In this document: positions 24,669 to 35,435 of the stretch, piece by piece
Layout: the number at the start of each line of letters is the position of its first letter
How positions within the stretch are numbered: the stretch's first letter is position 1
IMG/VR virus record: IMGVR_UViG_3300037089_000535
From: a virus
Taxonomy: Duplodnaviria; Heunggongvirae; Uroviricota; Caudoviricetes
Direction: 5' to 3' (one strand)
DNA: 64,000 nucleotides
Translations under genes and position numbers: made by a program
The notes under the pieces: model-generated
What the model saw: the letters and a program-made list of their open reading frames with translations, nothing else
Databases searched by the model: none
Told to the model about the DNA's origin: nothing

Positions 24669-25352
24669 TTGAGTATGCCCGCAGAACTTACCGCGCAAAA
24701 AACCCCAGTCGCAAAAGAAGACCTAATCAAGGCCCTATATAACGCTTGGACTCATCTATTTAATGAGACGCCAAAGAAGGAATCTATCTGGTGCCTTGCC
24801 TCTCAGTGGGCATTAGAAACCGGGTACGGCAAAGACATGTGGTGCTATAATCTTGGCAACGTAAAATCCAAAGACGGCGATGGCCATGATTTCTGCTACT
24901 TTGCTTGCAACGAGATACTCAAGAAGGCTGTAGCGGACGCCTACGCCGCCAAGGATCCATCGACCGCCAAGGTCACTCAGTACCGCGGTGATGGGACGGC
25001 TATCATCTGGTTCTATCCGAAACATCCTGGATGCAGATTTAGAGCGTTCAATACTCTACTTGAAGGTTGCATTGATTATATTGGCCTGCTGAATAAACGC
25101 TTCACAAATGCATGGCCAGCTGTATGCGCAGGTAACCCCGCACAATTTTCACATATGCTTAGAACGCAAGGCTATTATACAGCTGACGAATCTAGCTATA
25201 CAAAAACATTAACATCAGTATTTGTAACAATATCAAAACTGAATATTGATTATTATCAGCTGGAATTGAATAATCTAACGGACGATGATAAGAATAGAAT
25301 ATTAAATCTAGTAGCAATGACCGCGGCACAAAGTTTAAATGAAAATATATAG
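24669..25352 (+). CDS. Glucosaminidase (GH73/FlgJ-like) cell-wall hydrolase, endolysin candidate
   Basis: ASQWALETGYGKDMWCYNLGNVK matches the glucosaminidase motif ..ESGWGKS....NNLFGIK. Confidence 0.45.
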   Translation: MSMPAELTAQKTPVAKEDLIKALYNAWTHLFNETPKKESIWCLASQWALETGYGKDMWCYNLGNVKSKDGDGHDFCYFACNEILKKAVADAYAAKDPSTAKVTQYRGDGTAIIWFYPKHPGCRFRAFNTLLEGCIDYIGLLNKRFTNAWPAVCAGNPAQFSHMLRTQGYYTADESSYTKTLTSVFVTISKLNIDYYQLELNNLTDDDKNRILNLVAMTAAQSLNENI

Positions 25353-25546
25353 GAAGTAATTATGTCACATGAAGTTCACGATACAGATCCTTCACCGCCA
25401 CCTATAGAAACAATTCCGCCAATAGATACTATAGCTAATAATCCTATTCCAGAAATGATAGATCCTGATAATGAGTGTGATCAAACTAATTAATTATCGT
25501 TGCTGTGCCGTTTTATTTCTTGCCACCAGGCTAGCAGTCAGGTACG

Positions 25547-25870
25547 ATGGTAGGACTGAAGGGCACGCTCAGGGGTGGCATGCTTAGCCGGACAATCAAA
25601 GTAGGAACAATTACCCTTACATTGGGTCTCAATAAAGGAGCCAATCGTTACGAAGGTTTCTCGGAAAATTCCAGGGTTCTTATACGCCAAGAACCATGGG
25701 GCGCTTGGAGTGCGTGCATCGTAAAGAGGCATGAGAAGGGCGCAATGATTTCCGCACATGGTGATTATGATAGCCCAGAAAAAGCTGGCCAAGCTTTGAT
25801 TGAAGAGACAATCAAATTCAATAAAACTATGGATGAATTCATAGGCGAACATGAAATGCCCAAAGTGTAA
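25547..25870 (+). CDS. Hypothetical protein
   Basis: ORF. Confidence 0.3.
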   Translation: MVGLKGTLRGGMLSRTIKVGTITLTLGLNKGANRYEGFSENSRVLIRQEPWGAWSACIVKRHEKGAMISAHGDYDSPEKAGQALIEETIKFNKTMDEFIGEHEMPKV

Positions 25871-26132
25871 TAGTCATAATACTAAGCGCCCAAGTGTGAT
25901 GAGTAAACGATGGCGTTTAGGAACTCAAATTTGTTTAGATTGTGATTACCAAGGAGATTGGATTGATTTCTTGGAAGATATAGCTTCGGAAATAATAGCC
26001 AATGTACATCGCATCGCAGATCCGATACTAGATCCTATGAAGAAGGCTTTTGATAAGAATGCTAATAGCATAGAATTATTAGCTGCCATTGATGAAACAG
26101 CACAGAGGGCAGCTGGAAAGCAACCAGAATAA
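25851..26132 (+). CDS. Hypothetical Zn-ribbon protein
   Basis: KCPKCNSH...CLDCDY. Confidence 0.3.
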   Translation: MKCPKCNSHNTKRPSVMSKRWRLGTQICLDCDYQGDWIDFLEDIASEIIANVHRIADPILDPMKKAFDKNANSIELLAAIDETAQRAAGKQPE

Positions 26133-26328
26133 TGAATCCTGATACGAACAGTTAATATGTTTGAAGTATTGACATTTGCGCCTGGGAGTATCGAACCTCA
26201 TATAAGCGGGCCCTTTGAATCAAGGGATTCTGCTGAGCGCTTTGCAACAGCCGCAATGTCAACTGGCAAATTCTATCAGGTAATAATTCGATTTAACGAG
26301 AAGTATTCTAAATAAAGGTATTTTAATC

Positions 26329-27192
26329 ATGAAATCATATCTAGATATCGTTAAAAAAATCTTTGACGTTGGAGTTTGTAAACAGAACAGAACCGGTGTT
26401 GATGCTATTACATTGCCAGGAGCAATGTTCGAACATGATATGAGCGAGGGTTTTCCTTTGCTGACAACCAAGTCAGTGCCATTGCGTCTCATCTCGTCTG
26501 AGCTTGAGTTCTTTATCAAAGGAATCACTGATAAAGAATGGCTTCAAGAGCGCAACAATCACATTTGGGATGAGTGGTGTAATCCAGATCTGGTTCCGTA
26601 TGGTCACGATGAAGAAACTAAAGCCAAGATGAAAGCCGAGAGAGATCTTGGATGTGTGTATGGTTTTCAATGGCGTAACTTCGGGGCACAATATATAGAT
26701 TATAAAACTCCGCCTGTTGGTGGGTTTGATCAGCTTGGCAGCATGGTCAAGAAGCTGAAGTCTGATCCATCTGATCGAAGAATGATTGTATCAGCGTGGA
26801 GCCCGAAAGACTTCCACAGCATGGCGCTGCCACCTTGTCACTACGGATTTCAAGTAACTGTTGTTGATGGCAAGCTTAACCTGCTTTGGAACCAACGCAG
26901 CGTAGATACAGCTCTTGGTTTGCCATTCAACATCGCAAGTTACGGTTTGCTACTTCATCTTCTAGCCAAGGAATCAAACCTTCAAGAAGGTCGGTTGGTT
27001 GGATTTCTTGCTGATACACACATCTATGTCAATCATATTGATGGTATGAAGATGCAATTGCGGCGCGAACCTTACAAGTTGCCGCACATTGTTACGGACA
27101 ATTTCTCAGACATCTTCTCTTGGAGCTACACAGATTCTAAAGTTGAAGATTACCGTCATCACGAGAAGATTGCTTTCGAAATAGCAGTATGA
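26329..27192 (+). CDS. thyA: Thymidylate synthase
   Basis: RMIVSAWSPKDFHSMALPPCHYGFQ (active-site Cys) and DTALGLPFNIASYGLLLHLLA. Confidence 0.9.
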   Translation: MKSYLDIVKKIFDVGVCKQNRTGVDAITLPGAMFEHDMSEGFPLLTTKSVPLRLISSELEFFIKGITDKEWLQERNNHIWDEWCNPDLVPYGHDEETKAKMKAERDLGCVYGFQWRNFGAQYIDYKTPPVGGFDQLGSMVKKLKSDPSDRRMIVSAWSPKDFHSMALPPCHYGFQVTVVDGKLNLLWNQRSVDTALGLPFNIASYGLLLHLLAKESNLQEGRLVGFLADTHIYVNHIDGMKMQLRREPYKLPHIVTDNFSDIFSWSYTDSKVEDYRHHEKIAFEIAV

Positions 27193-27704
27193 CCGACATC
27201 ATTATCATTGCTGCTGTTGCGCAGAACGGAGTCATCGGTAGGAAGAATGATATACCGTGGCGCATCAGTGAAGACTTTAAACACTTCAAAGACCTGACGT
27301 TAGGTTTCCCATGCATCATGGGTGAGCCCACCTATCGATCACTGCCTGATAAATCAAGACCATTGCCAGGCAGAGAGAACGTTGTTCTAACACTAGACCG
27401 CGGTTACAGAAACCCAGACGTTACGATCTTCTATGACTTCAATGATGCAATCTCTTATGTGCGTGCCACAGATGTCGATAAGGCATTCATTATTGGCGGG
27501 GCCACAATTTATAGATTGGGAATTGATGTTGCAGATTACATGGAGTTGACACTCATTCACAGAAACTTTGAGGGTGATGTGTTCTTCCCTGATTACGATA
27601 ATAGTAAGTGGGAATTGATGGCAGCATCCACCAAGGAAGCAATTGATCGTATCAGCGATACACAAATATGTTTTACATACGAAACTCTTCGTAGAAGGAA
27701 ATAG
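27189..27704 (+). CDS. folA: Dihydrofolate reductase
   Basis: IIAAVAQNGVIGRKNDIPWRISEDFKHFKDLT. Overlaps the thyA stop (ATGA). Confidence 0.85.
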   Translation: MTDIIIIAAVAQNGVIGRKNDIPWRISEDFKHFKDLTLGFPCIMGEPTYRSLPDKSRPLPGRENVVLTLDRGYRNPDVTIFYDFNDAISYVRATDVDKAFIIGGATIYRLGIDVADYMELTLIHRNFEGDVFFPDYDNSKWELMAASTKEAIDRISDTQICFTYETLRRRK

Positions 27705-27706
27705 CA

Positions 27707-28003
27707 ATGCCAGGCGGAGCCCCTAGAATCAAGCCGCGTAAGTATGTATTCGTTTCAGAATCACAGCACATTGAGGTTAACTCTCATAGTGTTTGGAATG
27801 ATGGTGAACTGTGGCGTATTGTTGGAATTCCTAAACACGTACCAACCGGACTGAGATTCAAGGTAACTCTTGAGCAAGTTCCAAATGATACTCCATTCGA
27901 TACAGAATTCGAAGATGAAAAAACAATTGAATCTCTAAAGCAAAAGGTATCCGAGCTAACCAATCTACTTAATAGCGTATACAAACCACCAGGTATTATA
28001 TAA
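27707..28003 (+). CDS. Hypothetical protein
   Basis: ORF with a TATAAATA box immediately downstream at ~27996. Confidence 0.3.
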   Translation: MPGGAPRIKPRKYVFVSESQHIEVNSHSVWNDGELWRIVGIPKHVPTGLRFKVTLEQVPNDTPFDTEFEDEKTIESLKQKVSELTNLLNSVYKPPGII

Positions 28004-28005
28004 AT

Positions 28006-28572
28006 ATGGAACTATATTTCTCCGTAGACATTGAGTCGGACGGTCCCATCCCTGGCCGTAATTCTATGCTTTCATTTGGCTGCGCTGCATTCACTGGCAA
28101 AGGCGAAATGATTGAGACTTATTCTGCCAACTTGGATACGCTCGAAGGGGCTCTACAAGATCCATCAACTATGGAATGGTGGAAGGGCCAACCGGCGGCC
28201 TGGGATGCTTGCCGGCAGAATACTCGTCCAGCTGAAGTTGTCATGCCAGAGTTCGTTCAGTGGGTAAATAAAGTCTCTGGTAAAGATAAGCCTGTATTCG
28301 TTGGATACCCAACTGGATACGACTTCACTTTCGTCTATTGGTATTTACGTGCCTTCGCTGGCGAGTCTCCATTCTCATTCTCGGCTTTAGATATCAAGTC
28401 ATTTGCAATGGCAGTACTGAATACAGATTTCAGAAACACTACCAAGAAGAACTTTCCAAAATCTTGGTTTGGAAAGTCTCGCCATACTCATGTTGCACTT
28501 GATGATGCAATTGAACAGGGCGAATTGTTTTGCAATATCTTGGCCGAAGTGCGTCGGAAACCCAGAAGGTAA
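28006..28572 (+). CDS. DEDDh-family 3'-5' exonuclease
   Basis: Exo I motif [10 protein letters not shown] and Exo III motif [14 protein letters not shown]. Confidence 0.55.
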   Translation: MELYFSVDIESDGPIPGRNSMLSFGCAAFTGKGEMIETYSANLDTLEGALQDPSTMEWWKGQPAAWDACRQNTRPAEVVMPEFVQWVNKVSGKDKPVFVGYPTGYDFTFVYWYLRAFAGESPFSFSALDIKSFAMAVLNTDFRNTTKKNFPKSWFGKSRHTHVALDDAIEQGELFCNILAEVRRKPRR

Positions 28573-28574
28573 TT

Positions 28575-28868
28575 ATGGATATTGGAGATTTAGTAGTTCT
28601 AAAAGTTGGCGGCCCAATAATGGCAGTTAGTATTTCACCATCGCCTGGCCTACATAATGAACAATATGTTCGTTGTGTATGGTTCAATACGCGCAACGAA
28701 AAACAAGAGGGCGATTTCAAAAAAGAACTTCTCGAACCATCTGGAACTATGGTATGTAATGCGTGCGGTACTCAATTCATCGCGGCGAGATCATCCCTCT
28801 TGAAAGAGAGGCCAGCTGTCCAAGGGTTTTGCCAGGATTATCACATACGCGCAAGGCGTTCTAGGTGA
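28575..28868 (+). CDS. Hypothetical small protein with Zn-ribbon (CNACGTQF)
   Basis: ORF. The upstream part of the tracked ORF overlaps the exonuclease gene, so an internal Met start was chosen. Confidence 0.3.
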   Translation: MDIGDLVVLKVGGPIMAVSISPSPGLHNEQYVRCVWFNTRNEKQEGDFKKELLEPSGTMVCNACGTQFIAARSSLLKERPAVQGFCQDYHIRARRSR

Positions 28869-28872
28869 TTAA

Positions 28873-30357
28873 ATGTTTATTCATAATGTTAGATATGGGT
28901 TTGCAACAAACTCAAGCAGTACTCACTCAATTGTTTTAATCAACAATGGTGATACAATCCGCGACAGCGATGATTCCGCGGAATATGGGTGGGACTTCTT
29001 CACTTGCGCTAGCGAAGCGGCCAAGCGTCAATACTTAGGACAAACGGCCAAACATTGTTTGTCTAGCGTTCATCACCTATCACAAAGAGATGCAGCCATC
29101 ATAGCCTCTAGCTGGGCCGGCGTTGAAGTTGATCCTGAAGGATACATCGATCATCAAAGTATGATAGCCATTCCAAGTTCTATAAATTGGAATGAGTATG
29201 TTGTAAACAAAGATTACTTTGACGATCTTCTTAAGTTTGTTTTGAGAAGTGATATTGCCATTCTTGGTGGAAATGATAACGAAGAACATAGCCACCCGCT
29301 TATACGAGATGGGCGTGCAAAAAATCTTATTCATTCACGCTGGGATGACGAAGAGATTGGTAACCCAGCCCTGAAACTTCTAAGAGAAGAAGATAGCAAA
29401 CATCTACGTGCCAGATATGATACTGCCGGAAAGTTCTGGTCATTATTTTCTAGCAAGAGCGGTACGAAAATCAGAACCTCTTTTGTAGAAGATGCCAATG
29501 CAGATAAGTCTGAAGTGCCTGAATTGATAGATATAAAGATTACTGACTATTGTAAAAAAGGTTGCCATTATTGCTATCAAGGATCAACTCCTAAGGGCAA
29601 GCATGCAGACAAGAGATTGCTTAGCAGTCTTGCTTATGCTGTGAAGGATATGGAAACATTTGAGGTTGCCCTCGGTGGTGGCGAACCAACCGAACATCCA
29701 GATTTATTAGAAATCATAGACAGCTTTCATCATATGGGCATTGTTGTCAATCTAACCACAAGGAATGAAGGTTGGGTAATTGATAATTTACCAAAGATAA
29801 GGGACAAGATTGGTGGCATTGGGTTTAGCGTTGATAATAGCCAAAAATTAGTTGACCAGCTATCACGGCTGCGCGTCGCTATTCCAGAGGCCTATGAGGC
29901 TCCCAGTATAACTGTGCAGGTCGTCATTGGATCTTGTTCACAAAGTGAACTGAAACAGATCCTTGATGTATGCAAGACATTCCGTATCACGGTTCTTTTA
30001 CTGGGGTGGAAGAACACTCATCGTGGTTCCAAGGGACCAAGAGATAATATCGATCTTGTAAAGCTTCTTGATAGTTTCTGGGGAGTTCCGGAAGAAACAT
30101 ATACTCCATGGAACGGGCCGAACATTTCGTTTGATACCACTTTGGTAAATCAGATGAAGGGTTGGTTGGATGATCATGCCAATCAATGGCGCTTCACCAC
30201 TCGTGAGGGCGCTCATTCAATGTACATTGATTGCGTCAACGAGACGATGCATAGGTCATCTTATGAGGGAGACCCTGGCGTTTCCTTAATAACTGCTCGA
30301 ACAGACTGTGTAACCAATTTTCACACTCATATCAAAAATTACTTTGCTACCATTTAG
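28873..30357 (+). CDS. Radical SAM enzyme with N-terminal domain of unknown function
   Basis: CxxxCxxC motif ITDYCKKGCHYCYQG near residue ~230, with a Gly-rich GGGEPT downstream. Confidence 0.5.
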   Translation: MFIHNVRYGFATNSSSTHSIVLINNGDTIRDSDDSAEYGWDFFTCASEAAKRQYLGQTAKHCLSSVHHLSQRDAAIIASSWAGVEVDPEGYIDHQSMIAIPSSINWNEYVVNKDYFDDLLKFVLRSDIAILGGNDNEEHSHPLIRDGRAKNLIHSRWDDEEIGNPALKLLREEDSKHLRARYDTAGKFWSLFSSKSGTKIRTSFVEDANADKSEVPELIDIKITDYCKKGCHYCYQGSTPKGKHADKRLLSSLAYAVKDMETFEVALGGGEPTEHPDLLEIIDSFHHMGIVVNLTTRNEGWVIDNLPKIRDKIGGIGFSVDNSQKLVDQLSRLRVAIPEAYEAPSITVQVVIGSCSQSELKQILDVCKTFRITVLLLGWKNTHRGSKGPRDNIDLVKLLDSFWGVPEETYTPWNGPNISFDTTLVNQMKGWLDDHANQWRFTTREGAHSMYIDCVNETMHRSSYEGDPGVSLITARTDCVTNFHTHIKNYFATI

Positions 30358-31042
30358 GTTACATATGGAACAATTCATTGAGTGGTACAATCTCATATTC
30401 TATCTTCCGCTCGCCATTGGCTTGTTGTTTGCATTAGGAGCCGGCGTTGATTTCGGGCATGACATTCCTCATGGTGATGTTCATGCAGACATACATGCAG
30501 ATGCCGATCATGATGCAGAACATGACCATGATGGAGAGGGAACGCAGAATAGTATATTGGGATTCTTAGGAATTGGAAGAGTTCCATTAGCAATATCATT
30601 TATGGCTTTGTTTTTGATATTCGCTGGTACTGGTTTAATATGCAATATCGTCATTGGTTTCCTAATCAAAGCATGGAGTGGCTTTGCGTTAATCTCCATA
30701 GGCGTTGCATTGATTGCCTCGTTCTTTGGTACTGCATTCGTTAGCCGCATGGTATCGCGTGTTATGCCAACAACCGAAACCGATTCTGTTACAAAGCATG
30801 ACTTGTTAGGTTGTGCAGGTACGATTACCCTCGATTGTGTTGGGGCATCGTCAGCATCCCCTGATGGGCGTGTACAGAAAACAAATGCGCTGGGCATGGC
30901 CCAAATCACAAATAGCAAAGGGACAATGTATCAGATTCGATGCGTATCTGATAAGCCACTTTTATACGGAACCAAGATCATAACAATAGATTATGATTCG
31001 AAAGCAGATTGTTTCACAGTTGACGTAGACCCAATTGGGTAA
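30344..31042 (+). CDS. NfeD-like membrane protein with His/Asp-rich N-terminal segment and C-terminal OB-fold
   Basis: TM helices, HDIPHGDVHADIHADADHDAEHDHDGEG, and a C-terminal beta-rich domain. Sits immediately upstream of the flotillin gene, as in nfeD-floT operons. Confidence 0.45.
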   Translation: MLPFRLHMEQFIEWYNLIFYLPLAIGLLFALGAGVDFGHDIPHGDVHADIHADADHDAEHDHDGEGTQNSILGFLGIGRVPLAISFMALFLIFAGTGLICNIVIGFLIKAWSGFALISIGVALIASFFGTAFVSRMVSRVMPTTETDSVTKHDLLGCAGTITLDCVGASSASPDGRVQKTNALGMAQITNSKGTMYQIRCVSDKPLLYGTKIITIDYDSKADCFTVDVDPIG

Positions 31043-32975
31043 GAATGGAGTTTCATCAATGAGTTTGTTTTTTCTATTGCTATTCGCAATAATTCTAATC
31101 GCAGCGCCAATCGGAATTGGAGCCTTTACTCACGTTCATCTCAGCGGCCTGTCATCTATTTTGATGACTGGAGTTGGTATAATCTTGGTATTGGTTTGTG
31201 CAATTCTAATTACAATTACTAAACTCTATGTGCGAACAAAGGCCAGCGAGGCTTTCGTTCGTACCGGTATGGGAGGCCTGAAGGTCATTCGAGACGGCGG
31301 CTCTTTAGTGCTACCTGTTGTACATCAAATAGTAAAGGTCTCTCTTGAAACTTTGAAGCTGGAAGTTTCAAGAATCGGAGCCGATGCTCTCATCACAAGC
31401 GACAAGCTAAGGGCTGATATCAAGGCAGAATTCTTCGTAAGAATTCAGCCAGAAGATAAAGACATTCAGGCTGCCGCACGATCTCTTGGTGACAAGGTAA
31501 GTGAAACAAACTCTCAGCGTACTGGCCCTAGTTCCGATTACAGATCAAGCGTTGCTGCCTTGATTGAAGACAAGTTGGTATCTGCCTTAAGAACTAGTGC
31601 AGCTTGCAAAACACTTGAGCAGCTCAATAGCGAACGCGATGAGTTCCTCAAGGAAGTTATGAAGCTGGTCACTAATGACCTGAACCATAACGGGTTTACA
31701 TTGGAGACTGTTACAATCTCTAAGCTAGACCAAACTGATGTTTCAATGCTAAAGGACAGCAACATCTTCGATGCACAAGGCGCACGAACGATTGCTGAAA
31801 TCACACAGAAGAACTTGACTGAAAAGAATAAGATTATGCGAGAGGGTGATCAGGCTCGTAAGGATCAGGACGTTCAAACTCGCACTGCCGTTCTTGATCT
31901 AGAACGAAAGCAAGCAGAAGCCGAAGCCACTCAGGCAGCGCAAATTGCCATGATCAAAGCTGAGCAAGATCGTATTACTAAAGAGAAGCAGATGGAAGCT
32001 CAGCGAGCCGTTGATGTGGCTCAGGCTGACAACGCCAAGCAAACTGAAGTTGCCAAGATTGCTCAGAAGCAAGCGATTGAAGTTTCTCAGCGTCAACAGC
32101 AGGAAGCCATCGTCGAAGCTGATAAGAAGGTTGAAATCGCCAAGCGTAATCAACTCAAGGCTATTGCCGATTCCGATGCACAGAAGGCCCAGGCCGAAGC
32201 CAAGTTGGCAGATGCCGAAGCCGAGCGCGCAAAGGCTCGTCAGAATATCACCACTGTTGAGTTGGTAGCTGCAGCCGATCGTGAAAAGCAAAAGGCAATC
32301 ATCGAAGCGCAGGCCGCAGCAGAGCGCACCTTTGTTACCGCGCAAAAGGCAGCGGATGGCGATGCCTACCGCATCAAGGTAGAAGCCGATGCTAAGAAAG
32401 CAAGCGCTGATGCTGAGGCAGAGGCAACCACAAAGAAGGCAACCGCCGAAGCTACAGCCAACCAACGCAAAGCTGAAGGTAACAAGGCCTTGTTGGTTGC
32501 TGAGGCAGAAGGTATGCAAGCTAAAGCCCTCGCCGAAGCTGCTGGTCAGAAAGCCCTCGCCATGGTTCCTGTCGAAGTCAATGCACGTCAGGTTGAAGTT
32601 GACAAGCAGCGAGTCGAAGAAGTCTTGGTGCCTGAGTTGAAAGCCCGTTCCGAGAACGGTGAGGCTGCCCAAAACTTCGAGCTAGCAAAGATTCGTATCG
32701 AGCAAGAGGCTCACGTACGCATTGCCGCTGCAAATGCCACAGCACAATTCTACGGCAAGATCTCGGCGAATGTCTATGGAACACCAGAAGATGTCGCCAA
32801 GATGAGCCAGCACTTCAGCGCTGGTATGGGTTTGTCACAAGCCTTCGGAGGTTTTATGGCTGGTGCTGATGCATCAACTGTTGAAACTGTGAAGAGGGTT
32901 GTTGGTGCGGTTGATAGTTTGGCAACCGCTGCAGCAAGTAAGATGTCTGGCAAAACTAAAACTTCTGACATTTAG
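31035..32975 (+). CDS. Flotillin-like SPFH/band-7 protein with long Ala/Glu/Lys-rich coiled-coil
   Basis: N-terminal TM followed by an SPFH core (VHQIVKVSLETLKLEVSRIGADALITSDKLRADIKAEFFVRIQP), then an extended AEA/KA-repeat coiled coil. Confidence 0.65.
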   Translation: MGKNGVSSMSLFFLLLFAIILIAAPIGIGAFTHVHLSGLSSILMTGVGIILVLVCAILITITKLYVRTKASEAFVRTGMGGLKVIRDGGSLVLPVVHQIVKVSLETLKLEVSRIGADALITSDKLRADIKAEFFVRIQPEDKDIQAAARSLGDKVSETNSQRTGPSSDYRSSVAALIEDKLVSALRTSAACKTLEQLNSERDEFLKEVMKLVTNDLNHNGFTLETVTISKLDQTDVSMLKDSNIFDAQGARTIAEITQKNLTEKNKIMREGDQARKDQDVQTRTAVLDLERKQAEAEATQAAQIAMIKAEQDRITKEKQMEAQRAVDVAQADNAKQTEVAKIAQKQAIEVSQRQQQEAIVEADKKVEIAKRNQLKAIADSDAQKAQAEAKLADAEAERAKARQNITTVELVAAADREKQKAIIEAQAAAERTFVTAQKAADGDAYRIKVEADAKKASADAEAEATTKKATAEATANQRKAEGNKALLVAEAEGMQAKALAEAAGQKALAMVPVEVNARQVEVDKQRVEEVLVPELKARSENGEAAQNFELAKIRIEQEAHVRIAAANATAQFYGKISANVYGTPEDVAKMSQHFSAGMGLSQAFGGFMAGADASTVETVKRVVGAVDSLATAAASKMSGKTKTSDI

Positions 32976-33112
32976 TAATTACGGCATCTCTCATGTAACT
33001 CGGCAATTCCAAGCTGGGGCATGTGGAACTGTAAGTAGTGTAGAAGTAGGAGCCGTGTGGCCCCGAGCGGTTTGGGTTTCGGGGCAATCTTGTAGACAGG
33101 AATATATTATCA

Positions 33113-35041
33113 ATGGACGAATCATTGCGACGAAGAGACTCTGAGTTGATCATTGTTGGTGACAAACTAAAGGAAAAATTCGTAGGTATAGATGGCATAA
33201 TCGATCAGTTTATCGACTCGGTTCGTGTTTGGTACTTGATGCCAGAGTTGATGATACGTCCAGTGATCGTCAATCTTTGGGGCCTAACTGGATCTGGAAA
33301 AACAGATTTGGTTCGTACCTTTGTTAGACTAATCAAGATGTCAGATTCGTTTGTAGAACTACAAATGGACACCGAAAGTTACATCGACAAGATCCAATCC
33401 TACATTGAATATGCTGACATTCAGCCTGATAAGCCGTCAATCTTATTGCTCGATGAGATGCAAAGATTTAGGACGGTTGGCGAAGATGGCTTGGAGATTC
33501 AAAGGAAAAGGCTCCAAGATGTGTGGATGCTATTATCTGATGGCAAGTTCCAATCAGCTTCAGATAAGAAAAAAGAGATTATGGAAATACTCTTCAATGA
33601 TCTCTATTACAATCACAATGAAGTAGTAGATGAGGGAGAAGAGCCGGATAAGCCAGAAGAAGCAACATCAGCAACATCACCTGGTGGTGAGAAGAAGAAA
33701 GATGCGCGTCCGAAAAAGTTCAAGTACAAGAACTCCTATTGGACAGCACAACGATTGAGGAAGCTTCTCAATTATAGCGGCCCTGCTGAAGAAATTATGT
33801 TGTGGGATCAAGAAACAAAGATCAAGAAAGGCCAAGAGGCTTTAAATAACGACGCCACCTTCGAAGGGGTATCGTATTCTAAAATGCTAATCATCATAGC
33901 TGGCAATATAGATGAAGCATATTCTATGGCCGGTGATGTGTCGAACGCCGATATTGATGCAGACATCTTCCACGAATTCTCAAAGAAGATAAATGTAGTA
34001 ACGATCAAAAGCGCATTGCTGAAGAGATTCAAACCAGAACAAGTTGCTAGGTTCGGAAACAACCACATCATTTATCCATCTCTAAACAAAACAAGCTATA
34101 AAGCCATCATCAAGCGCAATGTATATGATACGGTTAATAGGGTATACGATCTCAACGGGATACGTGTAGTCCCAGATGACTCTGTGTTCTCAACCATTTA
34201 TCAGAATGGCGTGTTCCCAGTTCAAGGGGTTCGGCCAGTTCATAGTACGATCTCAAGTATCTTTGATAACTACATACCAATTTTCCTTTTCAAGGCAATT
34301 GAGAACGGCTTGGATACCGTCTCAGTGCGTTACACACAAGATGAAATAATTGGTGTCGTTGGAGATGAAACAATTGCCAGAAAGGTAGAATTATCAATCT
34401 CCAAGATAAAGAAGGAGAAAGACATCAATGATACCGTTCTAGTTTCAATACATGAAGCCGGACACGCTATTGTATATTCTTTGTTGCACAAGATACCACC
34501 AACACAGATGACTAGTATTACTTCAAACATAAACTCAGAAGGGTTTGTCGGTCAGCATAGGTATAGTGGTAACAAAAAGATTATCAAAGATGAAATGGCT
34601 GTTTGTTTGGCCGGACAAGCCGCCGAAGAGATATTCTTTGGTGATGAAATGAAATCAACTGGTGCGGCCTCTGATATTCAAAGAGCCACTGCCCTTGCTG
34701 CATATTATATTAGGCAGTGTGGTTTTGATGGAATCCAAAGCAGAGTTATCCATCACACTTCTGCACACAATGACACATCAAATACTGACATTGAACGCAC
34801 AAACGTTACAATTGAGGATATGGTAAAAGAGGCCAAGTGTCTGGCTATTGATATGATCAACGATCATAAGCCGCTATTTAGAGAAATTGCTAAAAAGCTT
34901 ATCGATGCCGGAGAACTGTTGCCAGAAGAAATTGTTGAGATGTTCAAGAAGCACGGCGAGACAATTGTTAATGTGCCAATAAATCAAATGGTTGTTGGTA
35001 ATTATCAAGAAAAATGGAATAGTTACATAGAGAAAACATGA
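33113..35041 (+). CDS. FtsH-like AAA+ ATPase / M41 zinc metalloprotease (no TM segment evident)
   Basis: Walker A GLTGSGKT, Walker B ILLLDEMQ, HEXXH HEAGHAIV, and TGAASDIQRATALA (FtsH-like). Confidence 0.65.
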   Translation: MDESLRRRDSELIIVGDKLKEKFVGIDGIIDQFIDSVRVWYLMPELMIRPVIVNLWGLTGSGKTDLVRTFVRLIKMSDSFVELQMDTESYIDKIQSYIEYADIQPDKPSILLLDEMQRFRTVGEDGLEIQRKRLQDVWMLLSDGKFQSASDKKKEIMEILFNDLYYNHNEVVDEGEEPDKPEEATSATSPGGEKKKDARPKKFKYKNSYWTAQRLRKLLNYSGPAEEIMLWDQETKIKKGQEALNNDATFEGVSYSKMLIIIAGNIDEAYSMAGDVSNADIDADIFHEFSKKINVVTIKSALLKRFKPEQVARFGNNHIIYPSLNKTSYKAIIKRNVYDTVNRVYDLNGIRVVPDDSVFSTIYQNGVFPVQGVRPVHSTISSIFDNYIPIFLFKAIENGLDTVSVRYTQDEIIGVVGDETIARKVELSISKIKKEKDINDTVLVSIHEAGHAIVYSLLHKIPPTQMTSITSNINSEGFVGQHRYSGNKKIIKDEMAVCLAGQAAEEIFFGDEMKSTGAASDIQRATALAAYYIRQCGFDGIQSRVIHHTSAHNDTSNTDIERTNVTIEDMVKEAKCLAIDMINDHKPLFREIAKKLIDAGELLPEEIVEMFKKHGETIVNVPINQMVVGNYQEKWNSYIEKT

Positions 35042-35433
35042 AAAAGAAAAATCTATGCAGCTATAGGGTATGGGATAACGGAGACACGACAGATTGCGCA
35101 ACTGCCACTGTAAAGAATGGAAGGTGCAAAGAACATTTATATCTGCCAAATTACCAAAATGATTGGGTTGATGTTAACGTTACCTGGTTAGAGTTTATGG
35201 TTGGAGCTACACTAAATCTTGCCAGCCTAAGAAAGCCAGGTGTTCTAATTGAGGTGCAAGACGAAGATTATGATGGTAATAAGCTTCCTATAAAGAGATA
35301 TCTTATAGGAGATATAAACCGTGTTGCCGGAGTTTGTGATGATTGTTCAGCGTTCGAAGATAAAGCAATAATACTTCGCGCAAAGATTATGGTAATCGAA
35401 AGCGATCTAAAGAAGGCCAAAGATGGAACCTGA
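35038..35433 (+). CDS. Hypothetical protein
   Basis: ORF. Confidence 0.3.
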   Translation: MKKKNLCSYRVWDNGDTTDCATATVKNGRCKEHLYLPNYQNDWVDVNVTWLEFMVGATLNLASLRKPGVLIEVQDEDYDGNKLPIKRYLIGDINRVAGVCDDCSAFEDKAIILRAKIMVIESDLKKAKDGT

Positions 35434-35435
35434 GG

